A program made the translations under genes and the position numbers. Under the pieces are notes generated by a model. That model searched no databases and was not told the DNA's origin. It was given only the letters and a program-made list of their open reading frames with translations. Below are positions 5,999 to 12,785 of a stretch of 12,785 nt of DNA, piece after piece (the stretch's first letter is position 1; each line of letters opens with the position of its first letter). This DNA is from Vulcanimicrobiota bacterium (GTDB lineage Bacteria > Vulcanimicrobiota > Vulcanimicrobiia > Vulcanimicrobiales > Vulcanimicrobiaceae), in contig PLCF01000039.1 in NCBI GenBank assembly GCA_003135555.1, positions 1-12,785 on the forward strand, in the 5' to 3' direction.

Positions 5999-7124
5999 CT
6001 ACACCGACACGTTGGGCGGCGGCGAGAACTTGTTGCGGTTCTGCAAGTAGGGCCAAATGAATCCGTCGAGGTCGCCCTCGAGCACCGCCTGCGCGCCGCC
6101 GGTCTCGACGTTGGTGCGTACGTCTTTCACCAGCTGGTACGGGTGCAGCACGTAGTTGCGGATCTGCGAGCCCCACTCGTTGGCCATCCGCTCGCCGCGC
6201 AGCTCGGTGAGCTTGGCCTCTTGCTCCTCGCGCGCGCGTTGCACCAACTTGGCGCGCAGGATGTTGAGCGCGACGTCGCGGTTCTGCATCTGCGAGCGCT
6301 CTTGCTGCGAGGCGACGATGATCCCGGTCGGCAGGTGGGAGATCCGGATCGCCGACTCGGTCTTGTTCACGTATTGCCCGCCCGCACCGCTGGCCTTGAA
6401 CGTCTCGACCTTGAGGTCTTCGGACTTGATCTCGACGTCGCCGGCTTCGTCTTCTTCCATCTCGGGGATGACGTCGACTTCGGCGAACGAGGTTTGGCGG
6501 CGGCCTTGATTGTCGAACGGTGAGATGCGCACCAGCCGGTGCACGCCGCGCTCGCTCTCGAGCATCCCGTACGCGTGCTTGCCGCGGATAATGAACGTGA
6601 TCGAGCGCAAGCCCGCTTCATCGCCCGGCGCTTCTTCCACGACGTGCGTCTCGTAGCCGTGATTCTCGGCCCAGCGCAAGTACATCCGCCCGAGCATCTG
6701 GGTCCAGTCCGCGGCGTCGGTCCCTCCGGCGCCGGCGCGAATCGTCACGATCGCGCCGTGCGAGTCGTACGGGCGGTCGAAGTTGGCCGCCATCTCGAGC
6801 TCGTCGAGCGCCCCGGTGGCGCGCGCGATCATCGCGTCGGCCTCGGCCTCGGCGCCTTCTTCATCGCCGAGCACGTCGAGGGTCTCCGCGGCGTCGGTGA
6901 GCGCGGCGTGGACCGCATCGATGGCGTCGAGATCGGAGCGCAGCTCGGCGATCCGCTTCATGACCCCGCGCGCCTTGTCCGGGTCGCCCCAAAAATCGTC
7001 GGCGCGCGACCGCGCCTCGAGCTCGGCTACGCTGCGCCGTTTGGTAGCGTCGTCAAAGACGCACCTCGAGCGCGCTCAAGCGCTCGCGGGCCCGGTCGAT
7101 GGCGGCGGATTGGGCGTCGGACAC
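5999..7124 (-). CDS. prfB: Peptide chain release factor 2, translated through a programmed +1 frameshift (join 7124..7056, 7054..5999; 374 aa)
   Basis: Has the RF2-specific SPF tripeptide (RISPFD) and GGQ (GAGGQYVNKT). GTG 7124 opens a 23-codon frame, MSDAQSAAIDRARERLSALEVRL, ending CTT TGA C. The +1 frame continues DDATKRRSVAELEARSRADDFWGDPDKARGV into the ORF at 6961. Confidence 0.96.
7052..7067 (-). promoter_or_regulatory. RF2 autoregulatory +1 frameshift cassette: internal SD plus slippery CTT-TGA-C
   Basis: Minus strand GAGGTG-CGT-CTT-TGA-C (7067-7052) has the same geometry as the canonical AGGGGG-TAT-CTT-TGA-C. Confidence 0.93.
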
Positions 7125-7197
7125 GGGGACTGCGGTTCTGCGGAGCCCGATTTCACCCTACCCGGGTTTTGGCGGTCGCGGCCGGAAAAGCGCATCG

Positions 7198-8406
7198 GTG
7201 AGCAGCATCCTCCTGCAGCCCGACGCCGTCTTCGACGGCGAGCATCGGCACGCCGGCTGGTCGGTCCTGGTCGAAGGCGAGCGCATCGTCGCCGCCGGCC
7301 GCGACATCACGGGCCCACCGGGGACGCGCGAGATCGGTCTCTCCGGCGCGACCGTGCTGCCCGGGCTCATCGACCTGCACTCGCACGTGCTGCTGCACCC
7401 TTATGCCGAGCGCGCTTGGGCGGATCAGGTGCTGCGCGACCCCGAGGCATTGCGCGTCGCGCGCGCCGTGATGGCCCTGCGGCGCACGCTGGCGGCGGGT
7501 TTCACCACCTTGCGCGACCTGGGAACCGAAGGCGCCGGCGAAGCCGACGTCGGCCTGCGGCGGGCCATCGACGAAGGCGTGATCCCGGGTCCGCGGCTGA
7601 TCTGCGTGACGCGCGCGATCGTCGCCCGCGGCACCTACGGCCCGAGCGGTTTCGCGTCGACCTGCTGCGTGCCGCAAGGAGCCGAAGAAGTCGACGGCCC
7701 CGAGTCGATCCTACGCGTCACGCGAATGCAGATCGCGCGCGGTGCGGACTGGATCAAGGTCTACGCCGACTATCGTTTCGGGCCGGGCGGCGATGCCCGG
7801 CCGACGTTCTCGCAAGACGAGCTTGCGTCGATCGTGCGCGTCGCGCACGACGCAGGCATCCCGGTGGCGGCGCACGCGACGACCGCCGAAGGGATGCGGC
7901 GCGCGGCGCTGGCCGGCGTGCAGACGATCGAGCACGGAAATGAGGGAACGCTGGAGGTCTTCGAGCTGCTGGCGGAGCGCGGCGTCGCCTACGTGCCGAC
8001 CCTCGCGGCGTACGAGACCCTCGAACGGATCCGCGGCCTGGGCCCCGACCATCCGGCGGTCGTGGCAAAGCGTGCGGCGTTTGCCGCCGCCCGCTGCAGC
8101 GGCGTCACGATCGCCAACGGCAGCGATGTCGGAGTCTTCGCGCACGGCGACAACGCACGCGAGCTGGAGCTCTTGACCGAGCACGGCCTGACCCCGCTCG
8201 AAGCGCTGCGGGCCGCGACCTCGACGGCGGCTCGGGTTCTACGGCGAGACGACCTTGGTCGCATCTGCGCCGGCGCCCGCGCCGACCTCATCGCCGTCGC
8301 CGGCGACCCGGTCGCCGGCATCGGCGCGCTGCGCTCCGTTCGGCTCGTCCTCAAGGACGGCGTTGACGGGCCCCCGGACGCCGCCGTTGAACGAAAGGCG
8401 GTCTAG
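7198..8406 (+). CDS. Metal-dependent amidohydrolase (Xaa-Pro dipeptidase/prolidase-like, amidohydrolase superfamily)
   Basis: Likely start is GTG 7198 (MSSILLQPDAVFDG; 402 aa). Motifs PGLIDLHSH (HxH), GFTTLRDLG, GADWIKVY (carboxylated Lys position), AAHA, IEHG, NGSDVG and ADLIAVAGDP. The ORF-track start at 7099 overlaps prfB. Confidence 0.9.
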   Translation: MSSILLQPDAVFDGEHRHAGWSVLVEGERIVAAGRDITGPPGTREIGLSGATVLPGLIDLHSHVLLHPYAERAWADQVLRDPEALRVARAVMALRRTLAAGFTTLRDLGTEGAGEADVGLRRAIDEGVIPGPRLICVTRAIVARGTYGPSGFASTCCVPQGAEEVDGPESILRVTRMQIARGADWIKVYADYRFGPGGDARPTFSQDELASIVRVAHDAGIPVAAHATTAEGMRRAALAGVQTIEHGNEGTLEVFELLAERGVAYVPTLAAYETLERIRGLGPDHPAVVAKRAAFAAARCSGVTIANGSDVGVFAHGDNARELELLTEHGLTPLEALRAATSTAARVLRRDDLGRICAGARADLIAVAGDPVAGIGALRSVRLVLKDGVDGPPDAAVERKAV

Positions 8407-8446
8407 CACACACCGGATTTCTGACACGTTGCCGAAAGAGGACCGG

Positions 8447-11110
8447 GTGGGATCGATCCAAGAGCGTCCCCAGACGAACGCGGCTTTTCGGCGTGCGGGC
8501 GCTGCCGTGGCGGCGCTCGCGGTCGCTGCGGCTTGCCTATCGTCAGGGGTGGGCGCAGCCCCGTCGGTCCCGAAGCGAATCCAGCTCGTCGCGCACGACG
8601 AGCCGGTCCGAGACGTCTTGCTGCGCCTGGGGGAGATGGCCCGCCTCAACGTCGCCATCGCCGACGACGTCAGGGGCAACGTCAACGTCTCGCTTCACGA
8701 CGCCACCCCGGACGAAGCGGTCCGCGCGGTGTGCTCGCAGCTGCGCCTGCGCTGCGTGCACGATGGCCGCACGCTCGCCGTCTCGGTCGAGTCCAACGCC
8801 GTCGTTCCCCTGACGATCGTGCCGGCGGCGCGGGCCGCACAGATCGTGCGCTCGCTCTATCCGCGGCTCTCCGTGCGACCGGACGCGGCCTCCAACGCGC
8901 TGATCCTCGCCGGTTCGGCGGCCGACATCGCGGGAGCGCGAGCGATCCTGAGCGGACTCGACGTCCGCGACGCGAGCAAACCCACGACCGAGGCGATCAC
9001 GCTGCGGACGCAGCCTGCCGCGGCGGTGGCGGATCGGCTGCGCGCGCTCTACCCGGCCGCCAAGATCACGCTGGTGTCGCGTTCGACGATGCTGGTCAAC
9101 GCATCCGGGCCGGATCTCACCCAGATCAAAGCTCTCGTCGGGAGCATCGACGCGGCGACCGCGCCGCCCACGGTCATGCCGATCGCGAGCGATGCGATCA
9201 AGGTTCAGCAACGGCGTCCCAAAGATATCGCGCGCGCGGTGAGCGCCCAGGTCCCGCACGTGCATGCCGCAGTTTCCGGTTCAACGATCACGTTGAGCGG
9301 CTCGCCCGAAGACGTGACCCGCGCGCGCCTGCTCATCGGCCAGCTCGACGTGCCCGAGTTCGGGACGCGCTACGTGCAGATCTACCGGCTCAGGAACGTC
9401 GATGCGAAGTCGGTCGCCGAGTTGATCCAACGCTCTTTCCCGACCGTGAGCATCACGGTCGATGCGAGCCTCAACGCGCTGTCGGTCACGGCCACCGCCG
9501 GCGACCAGCAGCGCATCGCCGACGGCGTCGCGCGGCTCGACGGAACCACCGGCGGGCCGGCGTCGACGGGCGAACCCGGCAACACCGTGGTTGCTCAAGG
9601 CGGCCCGATGGCGCACGAAGTGATCCAGCTGCAGTCGATCGTCCCCAACAGCGGGTACGGGAACTCGACCTCGCCCCAAGACATCGCGACGGCCGTCCAG
9701 CAGGCGCTTGCGGTCTCCAGCCCCGACCTGCGCGTGGTCGTCCCCAACGGCACCCAACAGATCATCCTCACCGGCAGCCCGCAGAGCGTGCGCGCGGCGA
9801 AGGATCTCATCGCCGAGCTCGACATCGTGCCGCAGTCGGTGGTGCTCGACACCGAGATCCTCGAGCTCGACGAGACCAGCTCGCGAAATCTCGGTTTGCA
9901 GCTGGGCACGACCTCGATCGGAACGACCTTCAGCGAAATCCAACCCACACCCGACCCGAACACCGGCGTCCCCGGCCGGCTGATCCGTCTGCAGCCGCTC
10001 ACCCGCACCGGGCTCAGCTTTCAGGCCCAGGTGAACCTGCTCATCCAGAACGGGAACGCGCGCGTGCTCGCCGATCCCCGCATCACCACGCTTTCGGGAC
10101 GCACCGCGACGATCCGAGCGGGCGACTCGATCAGCATTCTCACCACGGTCGGCGGCGGCTCGGGGACCGTCGCCACCACGCAGCTGCAAACGTTCCAGAC
10201 CGGCGTCACGCTCGACATCACGCCGATCATCACCAACAACGGCGAGCTCAGCGTCGCCCTGCACCCGGTCGTGAACTCGCTAGGCGGCTTTCTGAGCGGC
10301 GTCCCACAAATCTCCACCCGCGACACGCAAACGACGGTACACCTGCGCGACAACGAGACGCTGGTGATCGGCGGCCTGATCCAGGAGACGGCGCAGCGCA
10401 CCGAGAGCAAGATCCCGCTGCTCGGCGACCTGCCGCTGCTGGGGCGCGCGTTTCGCAATCAGAATACGACCACCACCCGCAACGAGCTCATCATCGTGGT
10501 GACGCCGCACCTGCTCAGCGGTTCGTCGACGACGACCGTCCCGACCGCCGCTGGAACCACGGGCATTCCGACGCCGCGCCCGCTCCCCACGCTGCCGCCG
10601 AGTACGCGATTTCCGAGCGCGCGGCCGGCGGCTGCGCCGACCCCGACTCCGGGTCCGGCTGCGTCCACGGGGCGCGACAGCAAAGCCGCCGCGCCGGGAG
10701 CGACGGGCAGCACGACGCCGACGCCCATCGCGACGCCGAGCGCGTTCGCCCAAGCGAACGTCTACGTCTACGGCTCGCCGCCGCCGAGCACGTACGCCGG
10801 CCCGGGCGATGCGCCGCAGATCTTTTACGCGATGCTCTCGCCGACCGTGTTGACACCCAACGCGAGGATCAAAATCAGCGCGATCGTGACCACCAACGTG
10901 CAGAAGCTGACGATCTCGGCCGGCCCGACCTCGATCGGGCTCTCACCGGTCGGTTCGGGGACGTGGCAAGCCGTGTTCGCTGCGAATACGCTCAACTTGC
11001 CGCCGACCGCCACGACCCTGCAACTCACCTTGACCGCGTCACGCGGCGACGGTCAGAGTGCGAGCATCCAGCTGCCCGTCTCGCTGATGCGCGACCAGCC
11101 GGTGCTGTAG
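8447..11110 (+). CDS. Outer-membrane secretin (GspD/PilQ family) with STN-like domain, five N-domain repeats and a C-terminal extension
   Basis: GTG 8447 after AAAGAGGA (887 aa). Signal peptide RRAGAAVAALAVAAACLSSGVGA. Secretin core ARVLADPRITTLSG...TGVTLDITP...NETLVIGGLIQ...KIPLLGDLPLLGRAFR...ELIIVVTPHLL. Confidence 0.92.
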   Translation: MGSIQERPQTNAAFRRAGAAVAALAVAAACLSSGVGAAPSVPKRIQLVAHDEPVRDVLLRLGEMARLNVAIADDVRGNVNVSLHDATPDEAVRAVCSQLRLRCVHDGRTLAVSVESNAVVPLTIVPAARAAQIVRSLYPRLSVRPDAASNALILAGSAADIAGARAILSGLDVRDASKPTTEAITLRTQPAAAVADRLRALYPAAKITLVSRSTMLVNASGPDLTQIKALVGSIDAATAPPTVMPIASDAIKVQQRRPKDIARAVSAQVPHVHAAVSGSTITLSGSPEDVTRARLLIGQLDVPEFGTRYVQIYRLRNVDAKSVAELIQRSFPTVSITVDASLNALSVTATAGDQQRIADGVARLDGTTGGPASTGEPGNTVVAQGGPMAHEVIQLQSIVPNSGYGNSTSPQDIATAVQQALAVSSPDLRVVVPNGTQQIILTGSPQSVRAAKDLIAELDIVPQSVVLDTEILELDETSSRNLGLQLGTTSIGTTFSEIQPTPDPNTGVPGRLIRLQPLTRTGLSFQAQVNLLIQNGNARVLADPRITTLSGRTATIRAGDSISILTTVGGGSGTVATTQLQTFQTGVTLDITPIITNNGELSVALHPVVNSLGGFLSGVPQISTRDTQTTVHLRDNETLVIGGLIQETAQRTESKIPLLGDLPLLGRAFRNQNTTTTRNELIIVVTPHLLSGSSTTTVPTAAGTTGIPTPRPLPTLPPSTRFPSARPAAAPTPTPGPAASTGRDSKAAAPGATGSTTPTPIATPSAFAQANVYVYGSPPPSTYAGPGDAPQIFYAMLSPTVLTPNARIKISAIVTTNVQKLTISAGPTSIGLSPVGSGTWQAVFAANTLNLPPTATTLQLTLTASRGDGQSASIQLPVSLMRDQPVL

Positions 11111-11123
11111 CTCCCGCCGGCGC

Positions 11124-12785
<1,662 letters not shown>

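Noticed and set aside
5999..7124. prfB as a frameshifted pseudogene or sequencing error
   Set aside because: The break falls exactly at the canonical SD-CTT-TGA-C recoding site, and the SPF and GGQ motifs are intact.
8255..8446. ORF-track N-terminal extension of the secretin (and 7099-7197 of the amidohydrolase)
   Set aside because: These extensions overlap neighbouring genes. GTG 8447 has an SD and precedes the signal peptide, and GTG 7198 matches the usual family N-terminus.

Overview
High-GC bacterial chromosomal segment. A minus-strand backbone reads, right to left: secA (5'-truncated by the window), prfB (RF2, with an intact programmed +1 frameshift that the ORF track misses), a GT2 glycosyltransferase, a YbjQ-family protein, a family-4 uracil-DNA glycosylase, a fasciclin protein, rlmN and a Nudix hydrolase (runs off the left edge, absent from the ORF track). 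Two inserts interrupt it. (1) A ~2 kb lower-GC island between rlmN and the Nudix gene encodes an AbiEi-like protein with an apparent PD-(D/E)xK + winged-HTH architecture and an overlapping Pol-beta-superfamily nucleotidyltransferase, i.e. a type IV toxin-antitoxin / abortive-infection-like pair. It is preceded by a structured candidate operator: two identical 22-bp palindromic repeats embedded in four TTGCC-N13-TTGCC arms around a sigma70-like promoter. (2) An opposite-strand cassette between secA and prfB encodes a metal-dependent amidohydrolase and a locally orphan secretin with five N-domain repeats and an unusual C-terminal Pro/Thr linker plus beta-rich domain. All protein assignments come from motif recognition by eye; no database searches were run.
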